From Pristiophorus japonicus (taxonomy: Eukaryota), in assembly GCF_044704955.1 (NCBI RefSeq), contig NC_091980.1:266290001-266354000 (forward strand): a stretch of DNA of 64,000 nt. The letters are read 5' to 3'. The position numbers and the translations under genes were made by a program. Shown in pieces: positions 1 through 13,349 of the stretch. Within the stretch, counting starts at the first letter, position 1, and each line of letters starts with the position of its first letter. The notes beneath the pieces were generated by a model. That model was not told the origin of the DNA and did no database searches. It worked only from the letters and a program-made list of their open reading frames with translations.

Positions 1-419
1 CTCCCTTCCTTTTTAAAACAACAGTACAATGTTAGCAGTCCTCCGGCACCACACCTGTAGCCAGAGAGGGTTGGAAAAAGATGGTTGGAGCCTCTGCTAT
101 TTCCTCTCTTGCTTCTCTTAACAGCCTGGGATGCATTTCATCCGCCTGGGAATTTACACACTTTCAAAAATTATAAACCCCTTAATACTTTGTCTCTCAC
201 TATATTTATTTCATCTAATATTTCACACTCCTCCTACCCGATTGCAATGTCTGTATCGTCCCTCTCTTTTGTGAAAACATTAAGAACCATACCCATGTCT
301 TCCGCTTCCACATACAGGTTACCTTTATGGTCGCTTAGGTTCAAACCGGCAAAAACAAATTTAGGGCTGATGCTACAGAGCCATCAATCTGAAGAACAAA
401 AAAAAAGGGGAAATCACAC

Positions 420-2030
420 TGCTGGGAGTGTACTATAGACCCCCAAATAGTCAGAGGGAGATAGAAGAGCAAATATGTAGGCACATTTCTGATAAGTGCA
501 AAAACAATAGGGCAGTAATAGTACGATATTTCAATTACCCTATTAACTGGGTAATCAGTGTAAAAGGTATAGAGGGCACAGAATTCTTCGAATGTATTCA
601 GGAGAACTTTTTTAGCCAGTAGGTAGCAAGCCCAACAAGAGAGGTGGCAGTCAGGACTTAATTTTAGGGAATGAAGCTGGGCAATGGAAGAGCATTTTGA
701 TGGTAGTGATCATAATTCAGTTAGATTTAGCACATTTATGGAAAAGGACAAAGATAAACCAGGTGTAAAAGTTCTCAATTGAGGAAAGGCCAATTTTACT
801 AAGCCGAGGTGTGATTTAGCAAGAGTGGACTGGAAACAGCTACTTGAAGGTAAATCAGTGTCAGAGCAGTGGGAAGCATTCAAGGAGGAGATAGAGGGTT
901 CAGAGTAAATATGTTCCCACAAGAAAAAGGGTGGGAGTCCCAAATCTAGAGCCCCTGGATGTCAAGTGGCATACAGGATAGGGTAAGGCAAAAAAAAAAG
1001 GGAAGCTTGTCAGATACCGAGAACTAAATACTGCAGAAAGCATAGGAGTATAGAAAATAGTACGATATGGAAAAATGTAGAGGAACAAAAGGACCTTGAA
1101 GTGCATGTCCTCAGATCCCTGAAGGTGGCAGACAGGTAAATAAGGTGGTTAAGAAGGTATACCGGATACTTTCCTTTATTAGCCGAGGCATAGAATACAA
1201 GAGCATGGATGTAATGCTTGAACTGTATAAAACACAAGTTAGGTCACAGCTAGAGTACTGTGTGCAGTTCTGATCACATTACAGGAAGGATGCAATTGCA
1301 CTGGAGAGGGTACAGAGGAGATTTAGGAGGATGTGCCAGTGAGATTATTAGCTTTCCTCGAAAAATTGGATAGGCTGTGGTTGTTTTCTTTAGTACAGAG
1401 GAGGCTGAGGGAAGACTTGAATGAAGTGAAAATTAGAATGCAGTTATTTGCATTGTAGAAATGCTCTGATTGGCTCTCCATTATCACATGACCCAATTGC
1501 TGATTGGTCCCCTTGGAGGATAAGCCACGCCCAGAAGTTTCTCTGGAATGTGTAATTGGAACCGCCCAGCCCAAGTTCCAAGTCAGCGTCAGACTCGTCA
1601 GAACATCAGGTCTGAACAACGTGTTCGTTGCGGGACCCCACTTCCGGTTCCAGGTCCGAGGAGTCTGCATGCGCGAGAGGCATCTGGGGCAGAGTCCAGA
1701 AAATCCAGGTGCAGAAAAAACAGTGCAAGTAGTCACTCTGATTTCCCTTAGCAGAGAGGTCATTAACCAGGGCATAGATTTAAGATCATTGGTAGAAGGA
1801 TTAGAGGGCAATTGAAAAGATTTTTTCACTTTGGGTCTGGAACTCACTGCCTGAAAGGGTGGTAGAGGCAGAAACTCTAATCACATTTAAAAAGTACTTG
1901 GATGTGCACTTGAAGTACTGTAACCTACAGAGCTACGGACCAAAAGTAGGCAAGTGGGATTAGACTGCCTAGCTCTTTTCCGACTGGCACAAACACAATG
2001 GGCCGAATGGCCTCATTCTGTGCCATAAAT
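420..2030 (+). mobile_element. Degraded CR1 LINE (endonuclease and 3' RT fragments, internal deletion, interrupted at about 1430-1745)
   Basis: YYRPPNSQRE, LEYCVQF-type fragments and a CR1 3' UTR (ATGGGCCGAATGGCCT). Confidence 0.8.
1430..1730. mobile_element. Fragment of an unclassified interspersed element related to the 14541-15749 inverted-repeat arms
   Basis: Shares GCTCTGATTGG...GGAATGTGTAATTGGAACCGCCC with 14549-14663. Confidence 0.55.
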
Positions 2031-2064
2031 TTGTTTGATGCTAATCTTCTGGATAGGGTAGTAG

Positions 2065-2420
2065 TCAGAAATCCTGCACAACAAGCAAGCCCAAGGTGGA
2101 CAGAGGAAACATTTCAAGGACCCTCTCAAAGCCGCCTTGATAAAATGCAACATCCCCACTAACACCTGGGAGTCCCTGGCCAAAGACTGCCTTAAGTGGA
2201 GGAAGTGCATCTGGGAGGGCACTGAGCACCGAGAGTCTCATCTCTGAGAGCATGCAGAAATCAAGCGCAGGCATTCTTTCCTTCAATGACTGTCTGTCCC
2301 ACCTGTGACAAAGACTAATTCGTATTGGACGGTTCAGTCACCCAAGAACTCATTTTTTTTTTTTTAAAAAGAGTGGAAGCAAGTCTTCCTCGATTTCAAG
2401 GTACTGACTATGATGATGAT
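2065..2420 (+). mobile_element. RTE-clade LINE 3' fragment
   Basis: GGQRKHFKDPLKAALIKCNIPTNTWESLA-type coding remnant followed by GGAAGCAAGTC...(GAT)n tail. Confidence 0.8.
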
Positions 2421-2484
2421 GGGATAGGATAGTGTAGGCTAAAACTCCGGAATCATTAACAGTTGACTATGAAACTGTAGTTTC

Positions 2485-4500
2485 TGTTATGTAATGATTT
2501 GTGTATCGTCCTGGTACCTTAAATGTAATGTAAGCACTATGCTACACCACAGAGGGCGCTGTGGTGGGAAACCTGGAAGTACCTAGAACAGGCACTATAA
2601 AAGGCTGACCACCACACCTAAGAGGCACTCTGGAGCTGAACAATAAAGGACTAAGGTCACAGCAGTTAGAAACATAGAAACATAGAAAATAGGTGCAGGA
2701 GCAGGCCATTCAGCCCTTCTAGCCAGCACCGCCATTCAATGAGTTCATGGCTGAACATGAAACTTCAGTACCCCCTTCCTGCTTTCTCGCCATAACCCTT
2801 GATCCCCGAGTAGTAAGGACTTCATCTAACTCCCTTTTGAATATATTTAGTGAATTGGCCTCAACAACTTTCTGTGGTAGAGAATTCCACAGGTTCACCA
2901 CTCTCTGGGTGAAGAAGTTTCTCCTCATCTCGGTCCTAAATGGCTTACCCCTTATCCTCAGACTGTGACCCCTGGTTCTGGACTTCCCCAACATTGGGAA
3001 CATTCTTCCTGCATCTAACCTGTCTAAACCCGTCAGAATTTTAAACGTTTCCATGAGGTCCCCTCTCATTCTTCTGAACTCCAGTGAAGACAAGCCCAGT
3101 TGATCCAGTCTTTCTTGATAGGTCAGTCCCACCATCCCAGAAATCAGTCTGGTGAATCTTCGCTGCACTCCCTCAATAGCAAGAATGTCCTTCCTCAAGT
3201 TAGGAGACCAAAACTGTACACAATACTCCAGGTGTGGCCTCACCAAGGCCCTGTACAACTGTAGCAACACCTCCCTGCTCCTGTACTCAAATCCCCTCGC
3301 TATGAAGGCCAACATGCCATTTGCTTTCTTAACCGCCTGCTGTACCTGCATGCCAACCTTCAATGACTGATGTACCATGACACCCAGGTCTCTTTGCACC
3401 TGCCCTTTTCCTAATCTGTCACCATTCAGATAATAGTCTGTCTCTCTCTTTTTACCAACAAAGTGGATAACCTCACATTTATCCACATTATACTTCATCT
3501 GCCATGCATTTGCCCACTCACCTAACCTATCCAAGTCACTCTGCAGCCTAATAGCATCCTCCTCGCAGCTCACACTGCCACCCAACTTAGTGTCATCTGC
3601 AAATTTGGAGATACTGCATTTAATCCCCTCGTCTAAATCATTAATGTACAATGTAAACAGCTGGGGCCCCAGCACAGAACCTTGCGGCACCCCACTAGTC
3701 ACTGCCTGCCATTCTGAAAAGTCCCCATTTACTCCTACTCTTTGCTTCCTGTCTGACAACCAGTTCTCAATGCACGTCAGCACACTACCCCCAATCCCAT
3801 GTTCTTTAACTTTGCACATTAATCTCTTGTGTGGGACCTTGTCGAAAGCCTTCTGAAAGTCCAAATATACCACATCAACTGGTTCTCCTTTGTCCACTTT
3901 ACTGGAAACATCCTCAAAAAATTCCAGAAGATTTGTCAAGCATGATTTCCCTTTCACAAATCCATGCTGACTTGGACCTATCATGTCACCATTTTCCAAA
4001 TGCGCTGCTATGACATCCTTAATAATTGATTCCATCATTTTACCCACTACTGAGGTCAGGCTGACCGGTCTATAATTCCCTGTTTTCTCTCTCCCTCCTT
4101 TTTTAAAAAAGTGGGGTTACATTGGCTACCCTCCACTCGATAGGAACTGATCCAGAGTCAATGGAATGTTGGAAAATGACTGTCAATGCATCCGCTATTT
4201 CCAAGGCCACCTCCTTAAATACTCTGGGATGCAGTCCATCAGGCCCTGGGGATTTATCGGCCTTCAATCCCATCAATTTCCCCAACACAATTTCCCGACT
4301 AATAAAGATTTCCCTCAGTTCCCCCTCCTTACTAGACCCTCTGACCCCTTTTATATCCGGAAGGTTGTTTGTGTCCTCCTTAGTGAATACCGAACCAAAG
4401 TACTTGTTCAATTGGTCTGCCATTTCTTTGTTCCCCGTTATGACTTCCCCTGATTCTGACTACACCAGACCGTGTGGAGTCAGTGATTTGTGTGCTACAT
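2485..4500 (+). mobile_element. Solo LTR split by a CR1 insertion (2485-2666 and 4461-4500)
   Basis: Starts TGTTATG, TATAAAA at 2596, AATAAA at 2642; non-CR1 sequence resumes after the CR1 5' end; no terminal CA is evident. Confidence 0.55.
2667..4461 (-). mobile_element. Young 5'-truncated CR1 LINE with an open 442-aa RT ORF
   Basis: ORF 2719-4047 with [38 protein letters not shown]; (TTTCTATG)n octamer tail. Confidence 0.95.
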
Positions 4501-4800
4501 CCTTCTGAATGAAGCTAGGGAGGGCCGAAAGATTATAAACTTATGCAGCACGAGTTTTTATTCCCCTTACTCTCGTTCTGTGATGCTGAACTGCTGCTAT
4601 CTATCCGGATTCTTTCACTACACTGTTTTTCTCTCGCGTATTAGGTCCCTCCCACTCTTCGACGCTGCGTCTCTTAATGAAACACTCGGGTTTCTCTTAT
4701 TTTAGTCCCTCCCTTTCTCTGCAGCGATTCGCTTCTGCAAGCTCCGAGTGGTGACAAAAACAAACTGCGATCGGTGGAGAGAGCTCTGCTCCGAGGTAAG
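4500..4800 (+). promoter_or_regulatory. Putative promoter / non-coding 5' exon of the soul3-like gene
   Basis: CpG-containing non-repetitive stretch ending in a consensus donor GAG|GTAAGT at 4796; AG acceptors at 5005-5006 and 5015-5016 just before the ATG. Confidence 0.45.
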
Positions 4801-5016
4801 TCTACACAAACATCTTACTTGGGAAATACACCGGCCAAGTTTATAGTCTATCCCGATTGGCATATCAACCCACACCCAAAGTTAATGTCATCTTCTGTAA
4901 AGTGTAGTTGTCCCCGCGTTTCGATTTTTTTTGAAAGTCAGCTGCTTAGCATCCAGGCGCTGTTCAGTACTATTTTGTCCACTTACATCTATCAAAAAAA
5001 GTTTAGGGCAGCTCAG

Positions 5017-5239
5017 ATGAATCGTCAAGGATGCCGGCCTGGAAGTGGCGCAGAAACAGGTCGATTGCTGATCAGCTTGGAGGATTTAGACTCGGTGACC
5101 GAAGGTCAGAGCTTGGATTTGGCCAACACTGGCAACGGAGAAGAGATGATCGAACAAGAGGAGAACGAGCAAGATGAGGGCGGTCTCCTGGCGTACTGGC
5201 AAGACATCGGCCGTACGCATCAGGTGAATGTGTCAACAG
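5017..5239 (+). CDS. soul3: SOUL/heme-binding protein (soul3-like), coding exon 1
   Basis: ATG at 5017 gives MNRQGCRPGSG...LISLEDLDSV...LLAYWQDIGRTHQVNVST, resembling the acidic N-terminus of fish soul3/soul4 proteins; donor AG|GTAGGA at 5240; phase 1. Confidence 0.85.
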
Positions 5240-6279
5240 GTAGGATTGATTGTGCTTTAGAAGTCAATAGAGCTTTCCGAACATGCCAACTTCTGATCGG
5301 ATATTCGTGTGGGAATCGGAATGGGGAATAAAGGTGTTCTTCAAATACTTATGGCCACAACACTATTGCCTCGCCCTCTCTTCCCCCAGTGACTTAAATA
5401 TACGCAATAGCTCACAAAATCCACATTAATTTGGTACAATGTTTGTTGTATATAAGCAAGATAGCGTTGTAGTAAATTGTTACTTTGGCACATGACTCCA
5501 ACTTAAAATGTTTCCCAGGGACGATACCTCTAGCTCCCTTCTCCCCCAAATACGCTTACTGCCATTAGAAAAATCCCCCGCCCCTTGCCTGGTGGTTGTA
5601 TGGTTAGGTTTTTTTTAGAAAACGTTTCCCATTTCAGTAAGAGACTATTTTCTTCCGATTCAAGAAAATTGCCGTTTTTAAAAAAAATCTTGTCTGTAGT
5701 GTAGCATGAAGTTACTGCATTAATTCTGTGCAAAACCGAACTTCAGTCTCGATTTCCTCGCTCTATTTTCCATCCAGTAGAAGACCTTACACCAGATCTA
5801 ACTTTTTGCTGCAACATTTTCCATTTTAACCCATGATCATCCTGAGAATCTTGTACCTTCTTTATCAACAGAAACTGAATGGTAAACAAAAGCTGACTGT
5901 TTCCACCCATTAAAAATGAAACCATTTGGGGAAAAACACTTCAGAATCAGTCAGATGTGGCATCAGAAATTTCACAAAAGCAACAAACAGAATTTGGCAA
6001 ACAAAAAAAATCCAACTTACTGACCAGAACCAGTGTTAATAGAGCAGTAGTTTTATTTGTAATCATCAGTGAAATATCCCTCCCTCTACCCAAACTATGT
6101 AATCTTAACAGTTTGACAAAGTCCCCATATTGTTAATTAAAATTAAAGCTGTTGCGAAGCACTATTGGTACAGGGGAAACTGGAATGATTTACTAGGGCA
6201 GATTGGCAGAACCCACATTTTTTGGTGGTCATGTCTAGTAATTGATGAAAGCCCACAATATTGTTTTAAAAAAAAAAAG

Positions 6280-7435
6280 CCACTACAGGAGGGTCGATGA
6301 GGGCAGTGCATTTGATGTAGGCTTTTGGTAAGATCCTACATGACCGACTGGGCCATGAGATCCAGGGCAAAGTAGCTATTTGGATCCAAAATTGGCTCAG
6401 AGGCAGGAAGCAGAGGGTAATAGCTGGTGGGTGTTTTGTGACTGGAAGGCTGTTTCCACAGGGCTCAGTACTAGGTCCCTTGCTTTTTGTGTTATATGTA
6501 TATATCAAAGATTTAGACTTGAATGTAGGGGATATGATTAGGAAGTTTGAAGATGATCCTAAAATCAGCTGTGTGGTGGTTGATAAAGAAGAAAGCTGTA
6601 GACTGCAGGAAGGTATCAATGAACTGGTCAGGTGGGCAGAACAGTAGCAAATGGAATTCAATCCAGAGAAGTGTGAGGTAATACATTTGGGGAGGGCCAA
6701 CAAGGCAAGGGAATACACATTAAATGGTAGGACACTGAGAAGTGTAGATAACAAAGGGATCTTGGAGTGCAGGTCCACAGATCCCTGAAGATAGCAGGCC
6801 AGGTAGGTAAAGTGGTTAAGAAGGCATACGGAATACTTGTATTCTATGCATCAGCTAATAAAGGCAAGAGCGGGGAGGTTATGCTTGAACTGTATAAAAC
6901 ACTAGTTAGGCCACAGCTAAAATACTGTGTGCAGTTCTGGTCACCTCATTACAGGAAAGATGTGACTGCACTGGAGAGGGTACAGAGAAGATTTACAAGG
7001 CTGATGCTTGGACTGGAGGATTTTAGCTATGAGGAAAAATTGGATAGGCTGGGTTTGTTTTCTTTGGAACAGTGGAGGCTGAGGAGAGACCTTATTGAGG
7101 TGTATAATATTATGAGGGGCCTAGATAGAGCGGATAGGACGGACCCATTTCCCTTAGCAGAGGAGTCAACAACCAGGGGGCATAGATTTAAAGTAATTCG
7201 TAGAAGGTTTCAAGGGGATTAGAGGGGAAATTTCTTCACCCACAGGGTGGTGGGGGCAGAAACCCTCACCACATTTAAAAGTACTTGGATGTGCACTTGA
7301 AGTGCCATAATCTACAAGGCTACGAACCAAGAGCTGGAAAGTGGGATTCGGCTGGATAGCTCCTTATTGGCTGGCGCGGACATGATTGGCCGAAATGGCC
7401 TCCTTCCGCGCTGTAAATTTCTCTGATTCTATGAT
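6280..7435 (+). mobile_element. Degraded CR1 LINE (RT to 3' UTR)
   Basis: PQGSVLGPLLF and YCVQFWSPHYRKDV fragments; TTCTATG-type tail. Confidence 0.9.
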
Positions 7436-8169
7436 TCCATCACAGGTAAAGCATACATTTCAAAATGGCTTTAGAAAGTGGCTCTACACTGGGTACAGAA
7501 CTTCATTCGTGCCAAGGAATTTTCACAAGAGAAGTTATTTGCTGCCGGTGGGAATGGAGAGGCAGTTGAAATAATCCAATTAATACCCTTTAGTCTGATT
7601 TTTTCTTTCCCCCTTTCATGTATAACTCTACCAAGAGTACCATCTTAAATCAAATTGTTAAGAGTGACACCAAACCACGGTCTGGAGCTGTATAAATATA
7701 CTTCATTGTCCTTTTCAAACTGTAGAATGTACAATAGTGAATGCATAAAATGCTCATCAGCCCAGTTTCAAAGTAACCTTACAGTTAACTAATCCAACAC
7801 AATTACTTATTCGCGACTATGCTTTTGATAAATTATCTTTTCAAAATGACAGCTATGGATAGTTTTTTAAAATCATTTATTTAGTTAAAAATCAGATCAG
7901 TAACAACTGCTAATAGTACAGGCTAACAATTTTGGAAAGGATCAACTGGAGTCTGCCAGACGCACTAAGGAGAACAATACCAGCTTCTCTAAAGAAGAGA
8001 AAATTAAGGGGAGGTTTAATAGAGTGGTTCAAAATTATGAGGACTTTTGACAGAGAAAATAAAGGAGAAACTATTTCCATTGACAGGAGGGAGAGGGTCA
8101 GTAACCAGAGGACACAGATTTAAGATAATTGGCAAAAGAACCAGTGGAGAGATGAGAATTTTGTTTAAA

Positions 8170-9640
8170 TAGCCTTATCCACTTACGGTGCTGCTTTTAA
8201 TGTCTTGTGAACTTGAAGACGGAAATTACTGTGCTGTTTTCAGCCAGGTTTCCCCTCAAAAGTATAACTTTTCTTTAAATCAAAATGTACCGCCTCACAT
8301 TTATTTTCATTGAATTCCATCTACCGCTTTTTGCCCATTCTAGGATCAAATATAAATTTGGACACTACTCCCTCTACCGTATATATAAGTCACTACACAC
8401 TTCCAACCACTGAGAAAGTGCCCTTAACTCTTACTGTTTCCTCCTTTCTGGTACATAAACCTAACTGGTTTATAATCCAATTTGCTATTGTTCCCCTTAA
8501 TTCTCCAATCTCGTGTGCTACCTTGTCCCTTTCTGATATGTGTTGGCTGCTTTTCTCTTCTAGATACTTAACAATTTCACCTTTAATAAGATTCCAAAAT
8601 TTCCCTACTACATGATAAACCAGTTGGCCTGTAATTGCTTGGGTTAGCTTCAGTACCCATCACTTAACAGAACCCTGAAATATAATTTCTAGGGTCCCAT
8701 ATCTTCCTCACCCTCACCCCGACCTCTAACTGTTTCCCTCAGGATCTTGGATGTATCCAGCACATTTTCTTCCTATAGCATAAATGACTTTAATACTTCC
8801 TTTTTATTTATTGTATCTTTTAACCAATTCAGGCTTTAGCTCCTCCCAAATATCCTTCTATTTTGTAAACACTTAAGTATCCCTGTCAATTTCTGTTTAT
8901 CCTCTATTAACTAGTTATCCTCTCCTCAAAAGGTCTCGCTTCATTGATAGATTTATAGAATCATTTTTCTATTGAATGTGATTCTTCTCATACGTCCTCT
9001 TTACTTTTCATATCCCTCTCATAATTTCTTGTACTCTCTCGCATTTTATCAAGACTGAGATCGATACATTTTGATACCAAGGAAATCAAAGGATATGGGA
9101 ATAGGGCGGGGAAAGTGGAATTGAGGTGGAAGATCAGCAGGGTCGAGGGGCCACATGGTCTACTCCTGTTCCCATTTATTCTTATGCTCTTATACCTAAA
9201 GGTCCCATTTGCCCTCTAATTCAATTAAAGTTTGTTGCTAATCTCTATTTATCCACCACATCCTGACACTTCAAGTAGTCTCATTTTTAAGTTGTATACA
9301 CTTATTTTGCAATCTCCTTTTTAATATCCTATTGTTGATCTAATCTGTGTGCCAATTTCTCTTTTCACATCATCTCAGGTAGCTCACTCTTTCTGAAATC
9401 TGTCCTATTCTAATCTGATTCCTTTGCCTTTCTATTGCCCTTTCTTGGACCTTAAATGTTATATTATGGTCACTACTCCAGATGTTCACCTACATTTAAC
9501 TTTACCTCATCTATTTCTATAGCTAGCAGAGCCTCTCCTCTTACAAGCATATGAACATACGAGTTATGATCACATTTTAGGAATTACATTCCCCTTTCTC
9601 GGTTTACTCCTTTCTTACCTATTCTGTACCCCCTAAAAAT
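8170..9640 (-). mobile_element. Highly decayed CR1-like LINE remains, including a plus-strand CR1 3' end at about 9050-9195
   Basis: Scattered similarity to the other CR1 copies in the window. Confidence 0.45.
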
Positions 9641-10169
9641 ATTATAACTCCATGTTTATTTTCCACTCTTGCCCAGTTTATGTTGCTGCTATTAAATCTA
9701 TATCTTCTCATGACAAAATGGCTTCCAAGTCTCTGTTTATTTCCCACACGGAGGATTGCAATACATGCATTTTATATTTTTGTAAACTTAATAAATGGCA
9801 GCATATGCAATATTTCAATAGCCAGTCTACAAATAATGTTTGTTATTATGATCCCCAGGTTGTACTATCCTTTAACTAGATATCGGGTAGTAAAAGGTGC
9901 ACTCCAGATCATTGGGGACAGGAGGCTTATTTAATTGTAAAGACATTATTTTATGCACCAATTTTAAAGTTGACTTCTAGCTATTGATTGCTAGGTCTTT
10001 AAAATTATGAAGGGGTTTGATGGGTAGACGTAAAGAAAATGTTTCCACTGGTGGAAGAGTACAAAACTAGAGGTCATGAATAGTCAGTAATATAAGGAAT
10101 TCAGGAAAAACTTTTTTACTCAAGAGTAATGAGAATGTGGAACTCACTACCACATAGGTTGGTTCGACA

Positions 10170-12265
10170 TAAAATATAGGAGCAGGAGTAGACCCTCGAG
10201 CCTGCTCTGCCATTCAATGAGATCATGGCTGATCTTCTAACTCAACTCTACTTGTCTGCACTATCCCCATATTCCTTGATTCCCTTAATATCCAAAAATC
10301 TATCCATCCCAGTCTTGAATATGCTCAACAACTGAGCTTCCACAGCCCTTTGAGGAAGAGAATTCCAAAGATTCACAACCCTCCAAGTGAAGAAATTTCT
10401 CATATCAGTCCTAAATGGCCGACCCCTTATTCTAAGACTGTGACCCCTAGACACTCCAGCCAGGGGAAACATCCTCCCTGCATCCACCCTGTCAAGCCCT
10501 GTAAGAATTTTGTATGTTTCAATGAGATCACCTCTCATTCTTCTAAACGCCAGAGAATATAGGCCTAGTCTACTCAATCTCTCCTCATAAGACAATCCCC
10601 CATCACAGGAATCAGTCTGGTGAACCTTTGTTGCACTCCCTCTATGGCAAGTATATCCTTCCTTAGGTATGGAAACCAAAACTGTACACAATACTCCAGG
10701 TGTGGTCTCACCAGGGCCATATATAATTGCAGTAAGACATCTTTACTCTTACACTCAAATCCTCTTGTATTAAAGGCCACCATTCCATTTGCTTTCGTAA
10801 TTGCTTGCTGTGCCTGTATGTTAACTTTAAGTGATTCGTGTACAAGGACACCCAGGTCCCTCTGAACACCAACATTTCCCAATCTCTGACTATTTAAAAA
10901 ATACTCTGCTTTTCTACTTTTCCTACCAAAATGGATAACTTCACATTTCTCCACATTATTTTCCATTTGCCATGTTTTTGCACACTCACTTAGCCTGTTT
11001 ATATCCCCTTAAAGCCTCTTTGCATCCTCCTCACAACTTGCATTCCCACCTAGTTTTGTATCACCAGCAAACTTGGATTACATTTGGTCACCTCATCCAA
11101 ATCATTGATATATATTGTGAATAGCTGAGGCCCAAGCACCGATCCATGCGGTACCCCATTAGTTATAGCCTGTCGACCTGAAAATGACCCAATTATTCCT
11201 ACTCTGTTTTTTGTCCATTAACCAATCCTCAATCCATGCTAGTTTTTTACCCCCAATCCCATGAGCCCTAATTTTGTTGAATAACCTTTTTTGTGGCACC
11301 TTATCGAATGCCTTCTGAAAATCCAAATACACCACATCCACTGGTTCCCCCTTACCTATTCTGCTAGTTCCAACCTCACAGAATTCTATCAGATTTGTCA
11401 AACAGGATTTCCATTTCAGAAATCCGTGTTGACTCTGCCCAATCTTATTATTTTTCTAAGTGCCCTGTTACCACATCCTTAATAGATTCTAGCATTTTCC
11501 CTACTAATGATGTCAGGCTAACTAGTCTGTAGTTCCCTGTTTTCTCCCTCCCTGCTTTCTTAAATAGTGGGGTTACATTTGCTACCTTCCAATCCATTCT
11601 AGAAACTATGGAATTTTGGAAGATGACAACCAATGCATCAACTATTTCTATAGCCACATCTTTCAAACCCCAAGATGTAGGCCTTCAGGTCCAAGGGATT
11701 TATCGGCTTTCAGTCCCATTAATTTCTACAGTACCATTTCTTTTTACTAATACTAATTTCTTTCAGTTCCTCATTCTCGCTAGACCCTTGGTTATCAACT
11801 ATTTCTGGCAAGTTTTTTGCACCTTCTTTTGTGAAGACAGACACAAAGTATTGGTTTAATTTCCCTGCCATTTCCTTATTTCCCCATTATAATTTCTCTT
11901 GTCTCAGCCTGTAAGGGACCCACATTTACTTCTGGTAATCTTTTCCTTTTTACATATCTATAGAAGCTTTTGCAATCTGTTATGTCTCGCCAGTTTTCTC
12001 TCATTCTATTTTCCCTTTCTTTATCAATTTCTTGGTCTCCTTTGCTGAATTCTAAAATCTTCCCAATCCTCAGGCTTACTGCTCTTTTTGGCAACATTAT
12101 AAGCCTCTTCCTTTGATCTAATACTATAACTTCTTGTTAGCCATGGTTGGACCACTTTTCCTGTGGGTTTTTTGTGCCTTAAAAAAGGAATGTATATTTC
12201 TTGTAAATTATTAATTCTTTAAATGCTATCCCTTGCTTGTCTACTGTCATATCTTTCAATGTTGA
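10170..12265 (-). mobile_element. CR1 LINE, 5'-truncated and frameshifted
   Basis: ORF fragments WKVANVTPLFKK, DFQKAFDKV, HLEYCVQFW. Confidence 0.9.
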
Positions 12266-12845
12266 GGTGATTAGCACAGATGCTTTGAAGGAGAAGCTAG
12301 ATTATATGACGGATACATGAAAAGAAAGAATGAGTTGGATTTATACAGTGCCTTTCTTGACCACCGGACATCTCAAAGCGCTTTACAGCCAATGAAGTAC
12401 TTTTGGAGTGTCGTCACTGTTGTAATGTAGGAAAGGCATTAGATTCTCTATGGTTGAATCAAGATAGGCAAATAGTCTCTCATATATAATTATCCTCTGA
12501 TCATGTGGTGTACCGTGCATTAACCTTTATGAAGATAATACCAGCTTTGACTAAAATAATTCAAGTGTGTTAGTTTGTATGAATGAAGGATGTTGTGAAC
12601 TAATCTAACAGAACAGTGGTTTAAAAAAAAAAATTAACAACCCTGGCAGAAGACAGAAACAAAAACTGCATAGTTCACTTCAGACAACAATTTGTGACAA
12701 TATTAAATTCATATTTTACAAAAGACATAATAAATTTTCTAGACACTATACGGTAAGTTCCTGCAATCTTTTGTCCTTGTATACTTTGGCATATAAATTT
12801 AATGAAATATGCATGTTTAAATTATTGCTTGATTGTGTTTCTCAG

Positions 12846-12937
12846 ACATGACAGAACCAATCCAACAGATGACAAGAAACAACCAACCTGAAAACAGGGA
12901 GAGGGTCCCATTTACATCAATAGGTCATAAAAAAAAG
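12846..12937 (+). CDS. soul3: soul3-like coding exon 2
   Basis: Acceptor tttctcag|; encodes (D)MTEPIQQMTRNNQPENRERVPFTSIGHKKK; donor AAG|GTAACA; phases join exons 1 and 3 in frame. Confidence 0.85.
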
Positions 12938-13349
12938 GTAACAAGTAACAATTCAAGACCTTTAATTAAAGGGCTAACTAAGTGGTGAAAATTTTGCTTG
13001 AGGCTAGAGTGTATTCTGACCAAGTCCCATCTTCACACGGAGTACACCCTCCATCCTGTCATGGGGCACTGCCACCATGCTAAGTGGGATAGTTTAAAGT
13101 TCAAACTCAAATTCAACATTAGAAAAAAAAATGACAGTAATAGTAACCCCTGAAGGAAGCAATCTGAATTCTATGGTTCAGTTAGTCTCAAAAAATTAGA
13201 GGGATAGACTAGGCACCAGAGGCACCTCAAAGTCTAATCATCAAAAGTAGGGCCGTGTAGCCTAGGAAAAATAGAAAAAAAAGGTACAAACTCATTGCTA
13301 AACATTAAATGTGAAAGAAACCAAGTCATCCGGCACCAAGAAGAAAAAG

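Noticed and set aside
2719-4047. Domesticated reverse transcriptase gene
   Set aside because: It is a 5'-truncated young CR1 copy nearly identical to other copies in the window; the open frame reflects recency
4774-5331. 185-aa ORF as a single-exon gene
   Set aside because: Only 5017-5239 is SOUL-like; the rest is read-through into UTR and intron, and the exon splices in phase to 12846
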